Counted from the first letter of the stretch, positions 36,669 through 49,431 are shown. The stretch is 64,000 nucleotides of DNA from Blepharisma stoltei ATCC 30299 (GCA_965603825.1 CBFDEM010000052.1:310001-374000); one strand, 5' to 3'. Program-made: numbers and translations. Notes: generated by a model not told the origin, from the letters alone.

Positions 36669-37631
36669 TTACATGTTTGTAGGTACCGAATTCAATGTAA
36701 CACCTTTCTTTTCATCTCCTAAAGCAGAAATCATAGTTCCTGTCCCTACCTGTTTCCCACACTTTCAATTTCCCACAAACTTATTCCCATTTGGCCATTC
36801 CAAGACCCCTTCACCATGCCTTTTATCTTTTTTATAGTGCCCCTTAAAAATTTTCCCATCTTTTCATCTGAATTCTCCATACCCCTCCATTTTGTTATCT
36901 TTTCACATTCCATTATAGCTTCTCCCATCAGATCAATGATATTCGCCTTTCCCATGAATATTATTATTCATGAACTGGCCTTCATATGTACTCCCATCTC
37001 CCCAAATGAATTTTCCAAGTCCATGCTTTTTTCCATATTCATATTGACCTTCATAAGAAGATCCATCAGGCCATTTCTCAGATCCTCGCCCATGCTGTTT
37101 ATCTTCTAGTCAATCTCCATCATATCGTGAGCCATCTGCATGAATATATAATCCTTTGCCACTTGCTTTATCATTAAGCCAATCTCCTTCATAAACATCT
37201 CCATCATTATGAATCAGTCTGCCACGTCCGTTTGCTTTATCGTCTTTTCAAAATCCTTCATACTTTGAGCCATTTTTCCAAATATTGACTCCACGTCCTT
37301 CTCTAAGATTTGTTTTTATATTCCATTCCCCTATATAAATTTGTTGATTCGGGAATTTATATACAGGCTTTTTTACTGTGTTCGGAATAACAATATTTCC
37401 ATAATCAAAAGCTCCTAAAAGATTTTCAATTCTGACAGAATTTTTAACGAAAAATTCAGGATGAGTAGATAAAATATTTTTTCTTGTAGAATACCCACGC
37501 CATAATGCTTGGATTTTTATAACTCCAGGAAGCGCTTTTCGGGTACTATGATGCTTATATACAGACTCAATTTCTCCATGGCTTTCACTTCGAGAAAAAT
37601 CGCTCATGCAAGCTGAACAAACTCCTCCCAT
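36669..37631 (-). CDS. MORN-repeat protein with IQ motif and N-terminal acylation signal
   Basis: [20 protein letters not shown], repeated YxGxW..dk..GxG units, several with TGA at the Trp. Confidence 0.9.
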
Positions 37632-37740
37632 ATTTAATCTTCATAAGAAATAAAGTAGTTAAATGCTGAAAAAATAGATAAAAAATTCATAAATATCCTT
37701 ACTGAGTTGCTTTTATAAAATAAAATTTTATAATACTACA

Positions 37741-39420
37741 TTAAAATTCAGGCATGCATGCGTATTCATCTGTGATAAGTAGTTTTTCGCCTGAAAAAAT
37801 TTGCCTTCTTTTTAGTCGTAAAAAATTTGGAGGAGGCCCTGTTCGTAGCTTATGCTTTTCTCGCTTTTTCTTGTCAGCTGTTTTTACCATTCGCTTTGGG
37901 GGAGGAGAAGTGGTTGGAGAAGGTGCTGTGCTTGGATGAGGACGAGGGATGCTAGTGGTTACTCTTGGCACAAATTGTTCTTTTTGGTAAAAGCTATAAG
38001 ACGATTTATGAGCCCCAAGCATCAGATTATTTTTCAGGCAGCTATATGTGTTTCTATATGGAGACACATCTCTTTTGGCTAGTCTCTGTGATTCTGATCT
38101 TTTATGGATTCCAAGAGTTGGCAATTCTGGGTTAAGGATGGCTTCTTCTACTTCTTTTAATTCTTCAATCCGATTTTGAGTTCTTATCAAATCCTGTGAT
38201 CTCTTATTCTTTAAAAAAGCTCATGTGTCTGGATAAGGAATTCTTGCTTTGAAATCATCTTTTGTAATAATGTAAACTTCTACAGTACCACTATTGCATT
38301 TGCAGGAAAATAGTCTTTTTTCAGTTCCATCAATAATTTCATCAGCCCCAACTATTTCGTTTTCCCCTTTTATGACAACCTGTAGTGATTTTTTTTTTGA
38401 CAAAATGGTTTTATGGAATCTTGCTTGGTCTGGTAAATTTTCAGTATTTTTTTTGGTCAGCCTTACCTCTCCACTCTTTATGAAATAGACAAACTCAACT
38501 GGATCGCCTTCTTTATATAAATATTGTTTGTTTTTTACTACTGTAAACTCAAAATAATAGCTGAATTTAACTAATGCAATTTTCGTTCAGGAAGAAAACA
38601 TTGGTATTGACTGGAAAAATTTTATTTTTTGGTTCATTCTTTTTTCAGTGACCACCCCTAGGATTTTTTTAAAATCACTCTTGTTTAGCACTGCTAAAAA
38701 GGACCTTTCAAGTGCCTGAACAGAAGCAGCTCTTGGTCTGTCACTTATTAGTGCAAGCTCCCCAAAAGAGTCTCCTTCATACAAAACGCTGACTTCTTGC
38801 AGCTGCTCCACTTCGATTTCAACTTTATCACTTGTTTCTTTCAGTTTTGTAATACTATCTATTACAAACTTTTCTTGCAAAAATTTTTCCTGAAAAAGTT
38901 TTGTCAAGTGCTTTTCTTCATTTTGAACTAAGTCGTTGATTTCAGGTTTTTCTTCATGAACCCTTGGTCTTATTTTATTAAACATAAAATTATCAATAGC
39001 ATTTTGCACTTTTTTGTCATTTGTTTTTGAATATTCTATGCCTTCATCTTTATACGACGCTGATTTATATCCTACGTTGCACCCGAAATAATTTTGGAAC
39101 TTGTCTAACAATTCCCTTTTGACTTTAAGTCTTTTTTTAGTAGGAACCTGCACCGAAACTGACCCTTTGAGCAAGATGAAGAACTCTTCACCTTTGCTTC
39201 CAAAGTCCACAATATAGTCGAATCCTTGGAATTCTCTTAACACCATGACTTGGCATGATGCTCTATGGACATCATTTGATTTCTGTTCTTCAGTTATTTT
39301 CCTGAAGAATTCACAATCTTTTGTGACTCCGACAAGTTTGTCGATATCAGCTTCAGTCCTAAATCTAGGAGCTATCTGAAGAATATTCAGCGCAGTCTTT
39401 ATATCATATCTAATGTCCAT
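37741..39420 (-). CDS. Cyclic-nucleotide-binding-domain protein, paralog of 20449-22218
   Basis: FFILLKGSV, GDSFGELALISDRPRAASV, LQVVIKGENEIVG; joined through TGA 38587 and 38221. Confidence 0.85.
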
Positions 39421-39431
39421 ATTAATTTTAT

Positions 39432-41171
39432 TTAATCAAACATGCAATTAAGGTTTTTCTTTTCTCTGTATATCTGTCTTGTGTGTTTACAGTATTTTAT
39501 GACTTCACCTTCATTGTTAAATATATAAGCAGCTTCGTCTCCTACAAAGCTTGGCATTGTGCTACAAACTCCTAGCTTCTTTTCAGCGCTGTCTACCTCA
39601 AACTTTTCTGTTTCAAAGTTGACGAAAAACAATTTGACATTAAATCTTGTGTTTTCGCTTTTTCCGCCAAATATTAGAAAAATGTTGTCCTCAATGTGTA
39701 AAATTCCTGCACCAAAGAGCCTGCATGGCATTCTTATTTCGTATAGTTTTCAGCTGGATCCGTCAAAATATTCAATCGTGTCAAGATCTTCTAGCCCGCT
39801 CGTGCCACCAAATACATAAATTTTTTCTTGATAAACGCATGATGCAGGGTAGCTTCGTTCTTGACGGAGGACTGGAAGATTTTCTCATGAAAGGCTTTGA
39901 TAATCTAAAGCTTCACAGTTTTTAATAGGTCGGCTTGAATTTTTGCCTCCAATTAAATAAACTTTATTTTCGAAGAAAATTGATGTATGGCATTGGTGAC
40001 CTTGTGGCATGTCAGTTTCAAACCAATGCAAGTCGCCTTGAAAGAAGCAAATTCACGCTTTTCTTAATGATGATTGTCCTCCGCTTATCATTAGTCCATT
40101 TGGAATTGTGCAAAGAGAAGTGCCTTCACTGAGTTTTTCAACGAAATTTATTTCTCCGAATTCGCTTGTTTTGGTGTTGTAAGAAGCTACTTTGTCTCTT
40201 CTTTGGTTAAATCCATAAACTCTATCACCTTCAATATTTGGGGTTTGCTGTAGGACTTTTACATAATTGCTTTCTGGGCTAATAACATGCTCCATGGACT
40301 GTATCAATAAAACTACATGCCTTTTGTATCCAAGTGCTTTTAAAGATCTCACAATTTCATAGCAGCTTGAAGCTTCATTATTTGTTTGGCTCCCAGTAAG
40401 CTGTATCCCTAGCAAATTCCAGTTTTCATCAAATAAAGGACTTCCAGCAAGCCCACATTTTTCAAGTGTTTGGTATACATATCTGCCTCCCAAGCTTTCT
40501 TTTAATTCAACCCATTTTACAGATACAAAAATATCACTGTCATGAGGAGGTCCAAGTGTAATTGCGACAGCTCCACTCGTAATATGTCTTTCTCCATCAA
40601 TATCATGCTCTTGTACTTCAACTAAAGGATATGTAGATTTAAAAGCAAAAAATGATAATGGGTCACTTATAATGAAAAATTCTTCAGGATCAGCATATAA
40701 TGGTAAATTAGAGTCTTCAAAATAAATCAAAGCACGGGCTGCTTCTTCATGAGATGAAAGTATTTTTGATGTAGTCATTCCAAATCTGAGATTGATTAAA
40801 ATTCCGATTCCTCGGCATTCCCCATCAACATGGATACTAAAAAGGGAACGAAGCTTTTGTCATCCTAAGCAGAGATTGATGGATTCTTCTGAAATAATCC
40901 GAGAAACTTGGTTTGAAGGAGCTTGAGTGGTTTTTATTTCTAGTCGAAGAGCTCCTTCTGTTTGGCTATAAGCGTCTTGTAAAGACTCTGTTGTGGTTAA
41001 TGTGATTGTGTCGTGATCTCGGTCTTGGTAGGTAATTGTCATAGAATTGGCTTGGAGAAGAGAAGGGATTGTTGCTCTGATGCTTGAGATTAGCTGGTCA
41101 TAAGTGTTTGGGCAACCTCCTAAGCTGTAAACTGAATCTTGGTAAAAGAGCTTAACTCTTGTTGTGAACAT
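39432..41171 (-). CDS. PB1 + degenerate trypsin-like domain + Kelch-repeat protein (579 aa)
   Basis: RVKLFY...TYQDRDHDTITL (PB1); GIGILI...GLAGSPLFDENWNLLGI (trypsin-like); VYLIGG/IYVFGG/FLIFGG Kelch units with TGA=Trp. Confidence 0.75.
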
Positions 41172-41540
41172 CCCCCCTTTTTAAAAATCTTTTAAATTAT
41201 ATTTTTATTTGATGCATGTGAGGCTAAAAATTCATAATTTTATTACAAAAATTAATTAATGCTATTAAAATATTTTTTAATTTTTATTTAAATATTAATA
41301 TTTTGTAGCATCATACATGCAATCAATCTTTAAGATTTGATTTATTTATTTTGCCTATGGATTTAAACTATCTTATCTTAAAAGAAATAAAATTTTAATA
41401 GTTGTTAAAAATGATGGAATTTTTCTAAAACATTAGAAATTAAGATTATAGAATTTAAATCAGTCATTTTAAATTTGCATTTAATTAATTACTTTTCAAT
41501 AGCATACTAAATGTAAAATATTTATGCACAGCTCCAAAAT

Positions 41541-42050
41541 TTAATCTAAACTTCTTCTTTGACTTCTTTGGTTTATAATAAGTTTTTGCATGTCTAATGG
41601 ATCCAATGTATCTGATTGGCCGAAGCCATTAAAAGAGCCCATCTTTTTCAAAGAAGGGAGATGAAATTGGTCAGGAAATGCAAAGTTTAGCCGCATTCTT
41701 CTTCCTATTATTGCCTTTTTTTTGATATCAATTGGATTTCGTTTAAATTTAAATATATTCTTCAAATGGCTTAGCTTCGATGTTTTGTATCTGTCAGTAT
41801 TAATTTCTATAGGCCTTGAGCCTAATACTAATTTAGCTTTCATCCTTATTTCGTTTTCTTTATGAAACAAATCTTCCCAATTCTCAGCTTGATTCATAAT
41901 TATATTCTCATTTCATGACCTTTTTGATTTATGCTTAGATGATTTTTTATTCTTTGGTGTAAAATCTGGGGTCTTTAATCTTTCTGGAGGTGGCTCATTT
42001 GTATCTAAAACTGCATTTATAAACTTTTCTCTTTTGGAAAAATTATTCAT
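41541..42050 (-). CDS. Hypothetical basic protein (169 aa)
   Basis: ATG 42050 in frame via one TGA with ORF 41541-41897. Confidence 0.6.
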
Positions 42051-42114
42051 TTTATTACAGACATTTCTAATCAATACTATCTTTTTCAGCAATTTATTTA
42101 CAATTACGATGAAT

Positions 42115-43728
42115 TTAAACGATATATGATGGGTAATAAGGTACGTTATATCGAGAAGACAGCGATTGCTGCTTGAAATGTTTCCCAGGCTGCCCTATTC
42201 TTAGTCGCTTAATTCTATGCACTTTTGGCTTTGATTTGTCAATTCTGACTTCAGATAAACTTGCCCGATGCATAATTTTCTTCGGTTCTATTAATCAAGG
42301 GTGGCTTAGAGCTTGAAATGCAGTTATTCTAAGAGTAGGGTCTCATTCAAGACACTCTAATTACATTTTACTTTTAATGAAATCTATAAATAGCTCATCT
42401 GCTCCTTTCAAAACTGTTTCTAAGCTTAGTGTTCCTGGCATTCGTACTTTTCCTTTGTGATTTTTCACCAAAATTACTTCATTATTTTCATCAAAAAACA
42501 GAAGCCTCTTAGAGGCTAAATTTATGAGATGCTGAGGGGGTGCATTAAGATGCTCAATAAAGCATAGTAGTTGGTCTTGTTCACTATCCCCAGGAAATAA
42601 AGGATTTCCTGTATAAAGTTCAACTAAAATGCATCCTAATGATCACATATCAATTGCTTTGGAATATCCAAGCCCTAAAATAACTTCGGGAGCTCGATAA
42701 TACCTGCTTTGAATATAGCTATAGAGCCTTTGATGCTCAAAACAAGCAGATCCAAAGTCAATGATTTTAATTAAAGTGTCATTTAAATTCCTCAATAATA
42801 TATTTTCAGGCTTGAGGTCGCAATGGATAATATTTAAACCGTGAATCAGCTTTATTGCAGTCAATAACTGATGGGCAAGATTTCGAATCACTCCAAGTGA
42901 CATTCCTTTAAAGGAATTAATTTTTAAATAATGATAAAGGTTTATGCTGAGAAGCTCAAAAGTAATACACAAATGATTCCTGAATAAAAAATATTCCCTT
43001 AAGTGCACAACTCCGCTGTCGCCAGAATCGTTATCTCTTAGCACTTTTAAAACTTGCACCTCAATATTTGCTTGATTATGAAATTTTTGTTTATTTCTTA
43101 TGATTTTCAAAGCAATTTCTTCTTTTTCTTTGTGATCATAAGCTTTGATAACCTGCCCAAACGACCCTTTTCCTAGAATTTGAATAATTTCATACCGATA
43201 TGCTATATGATCTCCTTTGACCAAAATATAATCACTTCTTTCATCATCAAACCCAAAATTATGCTGCGGATCTCTGTCAGGTTTCAGTTTTTCTACTCCA
43301 AATCCAATAAAAAATACTTTCGGGAAGCTTAAAATTTCACTTTGTTCTAGATCTGTAAGTTCACTGCGAAAAAGTTGCAAAGTCATTCCAGCTGAAATAG
43401 GAAGACTCATTGAATTCCATGAACCTTTTAAAACAGCTTGGGAAACAGAACTTATTGAAGCTTTTAGTGATGGCATTATGTGAATAACTGATGAAGATCT
43501 ATGATGATTAATTTTAGTTTCATAAGTTGGTGCTGTCTGCTTTGGGAATGATTGAGAGTCATTATAAGAGTCCGCTGAATTTTTAATTCGAGCTGTAGTA
43601 CTGGAAATTACTTTAGAAGTATTTTTAAGAGAAGCCAGCTTGAGAGGCGGTATTGGCCTTGTAGGGGTAAAATTTTTGGGCAGGGACTCCTTGAAATATA
43701 GTCTTGCCTTTGATTTCGGATTTGACAT
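42115..43728 (-). CDS. DYRK-family kinase, paralog of 11253-12818
   Basis: FDDERSDY, HCDLKPEN, YSYIQSRYYRAPE, DMW(TGA)SLG; intron 42357-42371; TAA 42115-42117. Confidence 0.92.
42357..42371 (-). other. 15-nt intron GTAAAATGTAATTAG
   Basis: Removes in-frame TAA and gives FIKKCLEWDP, matching the paralog's FIQRCLDWNP. Confidence 0.92.
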
Positions 43729-43792
43729 TTAATAATAAAATCTGTCCTTTTGAATATGGATAAAATAAATAATTTCTTAATCAATATCAATT

Positions 43793-45208
43793 ATGGATTT
43801 TTCTGTTTCACAAAGAGACTTTGTGTTCGAACATGATGGCCATCTGAGGGATTTTTATAAAATTGGAAATAAAATAGGCGAAGGAGCCTTCAGCAATGTC
43901 AGAAAAATTAAAAACCGTGAAACTCATGAAAAAAGAGCAGTAAAAACTGTTCATAAAAAGAAAATAAGAAATGAGTCAGAGAGGGAAATGATTTATAATG
44001 AAGTAAATTTGCTATCAAAGCTGGACCATCCCAACATATTGAAAATCTATGAGTTTTATCACGACGATAAAAACTATTATATCATCACCGAATTTTGTTC
44101 TGGAGGCGAATTGTTTGAAAAGATTATTCAAGATGGGAATCTAAGTGAAGGACTAGCAGCAAGCTATATGCGGCAATTATTATCTGTGCTAGTATACTTG
44201 CATGATAGACATATTGTTCATAGAGACATAAAGCCTGAAAACCTTTTATTAAATAGTTCAGGGCCTGATTCACATTTAAAGGTTATTGACTTCGGGACTG
44301 CACAAATATGTCGTCCAGGAGAAAAGCTCCACTCAAGGTTTGGAACTCCTTATTATGTAGCTCCTGAAGTATTAAGAATGAGATATGATGAAAAATGTGA
44401 TATATGAAGCGCAGGAGTCAATATGTATATTTTACTGTCTGGGATTCCACCTTTTGGAGGTAGTTCAGACCATGAAATATTGCTTAAAGTGAAAAATGGG
44501 AGACACTCGTTCCCATCTCCTCAATGGGATTCTATTTCATTTGAAGCTAAAGATTTAATTGAAAAAATGCTTGAAATCGACCCTGACAGAAGAGTTTCAG
44601 CCAGAGAAGCCCTTGCACATCCTTGGCTACTAAATGCAGCTCGGTTTCAAATTGACCAAAATGCAGCTAGATCTGCTTTGGGGAACTTAAAAAGCTTCAG
44701 AGCAGAACAAAAACTAAAAAAAGTCACATTAGCCTATATAGCTTCACAGCTGGCAACAAAATCAGAAAGAGAAGAAATGGTTGAGCTATTTGAATCTTTA
44801 GATACTGACGAAAATGGCACATTGTCACGTGAAGAGCTTAGACATGGCTTTGAATTAATTTTTGGATCAGATTTTGAAGATATAGATGGAGAAATCAGCA
44901 GAATCATGGATGAAGCAGACGTTAATAGGTCAGGAGAAATCGATTATAATGAATTTATCACAGCTTGTTTAAGCAGACAAAATCTTTTGTCACGGAAAAG
45001 ACTAGAGGCTGCTTTTAAAGCTTTCGATTTAGATGGAAGTGGCACTATTTCTGCAGACGAACTTAAAGAAATTTTAGGAAAATACCACAAGTATGATGAC
45101 TCGTTTTGGCAAGACATGATTAGAGAAGCTGATATGAATGGAGACGGGGTCATTGATTTGCCAGAATTTGTAAAGATGATGCTTGATCAGAATTGTGTGA
45201 AATTATAA
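43793..45208 (+). CDS. Calcium-dependent protein kinase (CDPK) with four EF-hands
   Basis: HRDIKPEN, GTPYYVAPE, CDIW(TGA)SAG; EF loops DTDENGTLSREE, DVNRSGEIDYNE, DLDGSGTISADE, DMNGDGVIDLPE. Confidence 0.95.
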
Positions 45209-45263
45209 ATAATATTAAATTTTATATATAGAAATCTATTTTAATGAATTAATAATGATTTTT

Positions 45264-45375
45264 ATCAGAATTTCTTATTTAAATTGAATTTAATGTGAGT
45301 TTGAATTGACAATAATATGGAGCAACGGATATACTTATCAGAATTTTCTGGCTATGAATAATACAAAATATGGAA
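45264..45375. repeat. Direct repeat copy 1 (~110 bp, imperfect)
   Basis: Contains ACAATAATATGGAGCAACGG (45309-45328) and ACTTATCAGAATTTT, shared with copy 2. Confidence 0.85.
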
Positions 45376-45464
45376 AATAATTGTTATGGACCACAAATAT
45401 TTGAATCCCTATTGGAATTGCTAGGACGAAATTATTAAAGGAAAAGATTTTGGTCAAATGATAT

Positions 45465-45926
45465 TTATATTACGTCATTTATAAGCTCATCTCGCAATTT
45501 TCTGTTTGCATCGATTCCTCCTTCGATCCAGTGGTTCCCATGGCCACATTCATAATAATCATCACTTTCACAAGGTGAGCTGCAGCTAGGCTTTGGTGGA
45601 CAAGTGCAATTTGTCACGTTTGGTTGAGTTGTGTTCTGTGGAGGCGGAATGACAATGCAACTGCAGCTACAATTGCAGGTCCAGCAAGAACAATTGCAGG
45701 AGCATGAACAATTTGCAGGTCCTGTTGTGTTAATAGATGTGTTTGTAGGCTGGATAGGAATTGAAGGCTTGCAGGGCGAATAGTCATCACAATCATCGTA
45801 AGATTTGCCACAGTTTGAAGAGCCATGCCCATATCCACCTAATTCTCTTGTCTGTCTTCCTTTGGCTTCTTCGTTTGCTGCTGAAAGTAAAACTAAGCTT
45901 AACAATAAGATAATGATCGGCTTCAT
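45465..45926 (-). CDS. Small secreted Cys-rich protein (153 aa)
   Basis: Signal peptide MKPIIILLLSLVLLSA; NCSCSCNCSCWTCNCSCSC tract; several NxT/S sequons. Confidence 0.8.
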   Translation of the reverse strand: MKPIIILLLSLVLLSAANEEAKGRQTRELGGYGHGSSNCGKSYDDCDDYSPCKPSIPIQPTNTSINTTGPANCSCSCNCSCWTCNCSCSCIVIPPPQNTTQPNVTNCTCPPKPSCSSPCESDDYYECGHGNHWIEGGIDANRKLRDELINDVI

Positions 45927-46036
45927 CAGAATTTTTTAATTATAAGTGACAATTAATGTGAAGCTGAAATCAACAATAATATGGAGCAACGGCTAGACTT
46001 ATCAGAATTTTATGGCATGAATAATATGGCATGGAA
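45925..46036. repeat. Direct repeat copy 2 (~110 bp), immediately upstream of the Cys-rich gene ATG
   Basis: Contains ACAATAATATGGAGCAACGG (45973-45992) and ACTTATCAGAATTTT. Confidence 0.85.
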
Positions 46037-46208
46037 TTTAAATAAGCAGAAAATTAAGGCTTATAATAGAGAATTAAAATACAATAGTATGCATAGGAGA
46101 GATATATAAATTCAAAAATTAGTCTTTAAAAATAAAAAGCTTTTAGTAGAATCAAAACTTATTATTTGCTGTTTATGATTGGTTCTCAGATAATTTATAT
46201 AATAGCTA

Positions 46209-47534
46209 CTAATTTTCATGAGTCTTGGCAATCCGTTTAAGCATTTCATCAATCCTTTTAACTCCAAATTCAAATTTTTCATGGGCCTCTATAAATGATT
46301 GGCGCTTGGCTTTAATTTCAAAAAGGTCTTCTTTTGGGACTGAGCTAAGGTTTAAAAGTTCAACAGGAAGTTTTACTGTGAGATTTTTATCCTCATCACT
46401 TTCAGGAGGTACTCCATTGGTCAGTGTCGTCATGGTTTCTATTAGCTTTCTCATCTTATGTTTTGCTTTGTCAACCTTATGCTTCATGAAATTTTTTTGC
46501 TTAGCAATTTTATTCGCGTATAATCAATCATTTGGAGACATTCTATTACCGTTTCAAACCCTCTTATTTCATTGATCATATGTTATATATGCAATTCCTC
46601 GACTTCTTGGAAACCCCATAAGCTCTTTAATATTAAAATTCAGTTCTTTTTCTTTTTGAATTCTTTTAGACTTTATATGTGGAATCGCTGGAACCTTAGA
46701 GTCTTCTTTTGCATTATTTCTCGGAGTCATTATATTTTTAAATGGCAAAGGAGTATTACATTTGTTAACTACAGGGGTAGATTTGCCGTTAAATGAAAGC
46801 ATATCTAAATGCTTATGTGAGCGGTTAGTAGCTGTTGAGCTTTCAGTTCTTAAAGTTTTTTCTGATCGAAATGATAGCAGCTGCCTATTTTTGCAAAGAC
46901 TGTAATTATCAATACTAATAAAATATCATCTGCCAGAAATATCTTGCAAAAAATCAGCTGAAAACTCAAGTATCAAATCTATGTGGGAGAGAGAATACTC
47001 CAAAATGTTTTTCAATGTTTCAGCATATTTATTAAGTTCAATAGTGCTCGCTGTAATTAGTACTTCAGACTCACAAGCAGCTTCTGACAGAATAAACTTG
47101 TCGGTGTCTTCTTCATCGTCATATGATATATATGTTGCTCTTATATGTCCTGGAGTCTTCCATTTTATTCTGACAATATGTGGTTTTCCTCCCTTGCATT
47201 CTAAATATTCTTGAATAATTAAGTTTTCTGAGCTACTGTTTCAGATTTTTATGATTTCTTGTACAGAAAAACAAAGAATTCTGTTTTTTAATGTTTTGAT
47301 GATTGCGCATGGAAAATTATGCTTTTCCTTGAAATTATTTACTATAATTGTCTCAATTTCTTCTGATTGAATATTTTTAAATATATAGGTTTTGACTGTT
47401 TTTTCGACGAGAATAGGAGTTTTCAATCTTGAGTCTCTAATAAGAGATTTAGGAACTGGCAAGTGGACATAGTTTTCTTTTGCGGCTATATAAAGCAAAT
47501 AAAAAAAATCATTGCTTGCTAACTTAGTTTTCAT
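46209..47534 (-). CDS. Hypothetical protein (441 aa) with degenerate ATP-grasp-like N-terminal half
   Basis: Three ORFs in one frame through TGA=Trp; LPVPKSL, FPCAIIK, LIIQEYL, ADFLQDISGRWYFI. Confidence 0.65.
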
Positions 47535-47961
47535 CGTATATTTATGTTCTAATCTTTAATAAATAATGGCAGATTAGAATAAAAAAAATATATAACTCTT
47601 ATTAGTAAAATAAAAGCTACATCTCTTAATTTTGAATCATAGCGTCTATACTTTTATATTTTTTTGAGATGCATACCTATGTATTCAAGAAAAGTTGACT
47701 TTTATGCAAAAATCTTAAAAAGCTAGAATTCTGATCTTTTCCATTCAAGATCATTTGAAGTCAAAATTGAATTGAATTTCCTTAATTAGTTTTAATAAGA
47801 ATAAAATTTATTTTTCAGTGAATTTTACTATAATTTTGTATAGCTTATAAATCAATAATGATTAAAATTTATTGATTCTTTGATGATATGCTAATTTACA
47901 AATGGAATTTATAAATAAATCGAGCTAAATATTAAAATTAAGTGCTCCTGTCCAAGATATT

Positions 47962-49431
47962 TTATTTATCTTTGCTTACCCCTTGCTTGTGTGTTGATAA
48001 TGGGATTTTCCCTTCAATATTATTTGAAGCAGCCATTATAGGTCCAAAAATTCCATTTCTCTTCTTTTCTATAAACCGCGAATTTTCTTCAATCAATTTA
48101 ACTGTGTGGCTAATTTTATTTTTAATAGCAGCGTTTTTTGTGTCTTTTATTGACTTTTTCAATGCTAGTTTGATAGGGAGCGAGACTTCTGGAAATGCAA
48201 TGCTATTTCCAAAATATGCAATATGCTCAAGTAAAGCTCTGCAAGATTCTTCTATTATTTTTTCCTTAAAAACGTCACTAGTGAGCTGCTCTTTATTTAC
48301 TTTCAGCATTGAAGCAAGGCTAAATTCTGTGCATCGGTTAGTTTTTGATCTTTTTTGTAATGCAGGATTAGTGATTATTTCAAGCACATAAGATGATATA
48401 CCAGGAATGTACCTATCCAAGTTATATTGAAGAATTATGAGCAGTTTAATTATATGAAGTTTCAAAGGACTGTATTTTTGAGCCTGATTTGCTTGAAATA
48501 AATTGTGGAGGATTTGGATAATAGAAGGTGAAATTTGAGAAAACTGCTTGGGATATGAAATTATCAAGTGAGAAATAAGGGAAATTGAATTGAAAAATTG
48601 CCAGTTATAGATTATTTTTGATTTTGCTGAGCCTCTTGATGCTTTTGCTAAATATAATTCTAGTTTATTAGCATAATTTCTAACAAACTGTAGTCCGGCT
48701 TCCAAATTTACGCTGAATAAATCTATAAAATAAGTTCGCATTAGCTCTATATCTTCTTGACTTTCAGATGGCATTATTTTCCACTTTTTTGCTATTGCAT
48801 GAAATAAGACTTCAAGAGCATAACCAGGCTCAATTGATTTTACGCATGCAGCCTTTTTGATAAATGATAAAAAGGCCAATTTTACATCTGCTGATTGTTC
48901 CACAAAAATTCTACTTATTTGTCCAACCAAAATCTGAGCTTGATTTGGGAATAATTTCAATAATTTTGCTAGTTTTTTTAAACAATTTGAAATATTTATG
49001 TATACTTCAGGGGCAATCCCAGCTCCGCTTAGTAAGGTAGCTGTGTTTTTTAAAAAAATTCTGACTTTTTTCTCATATGATTTTCATTTTGTTGACTTAT
49101 CTAGCTTTTTCCCTAATTTTGTCTTGAAATCTTTGGTGATTTCAGCCAAAGCAATATCTAAAGAGTTGCGGTAGTGTGTTTCCAGATCATATTTCTGAGC
49201 GTTTTCGATGTCACAATGACACAAAATTGAGTAAAGCTTTCTAAGTTGTTTGAGATTTCCTTGCTGCGAAGCTTTTATTGTCTCTTTACCAAACTCATTT
49301 GTGAATAATTTAGTCTTTTCTTGCTTTCTTTTTATTTGTAATCCTGCATTTTTATCGCCATCCTCAATAAAATCCTCAAAAGTCTCAAAATAAAGTTCCT
49401 CTGTATTATCTAAAGGAACCTTTTTTACCAT
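47962..49431 (-). CDS. NOC2: Nucleolar complex protein 2 (Noc2) homolog
   Basis: IYNWQFFNSI, YSPLKLHI, SIAFPE, LIEENSRFIEKKR; joined via TGA 49084. Confidence 0.85.

Noticed and set aside
11253-43728. Segmental duplication suggested by paired DYRK, CNB and MORN genes
   Set aside because: Gene order is not collinear, the paralogs are highly diverged, and these families are large in ciliates.
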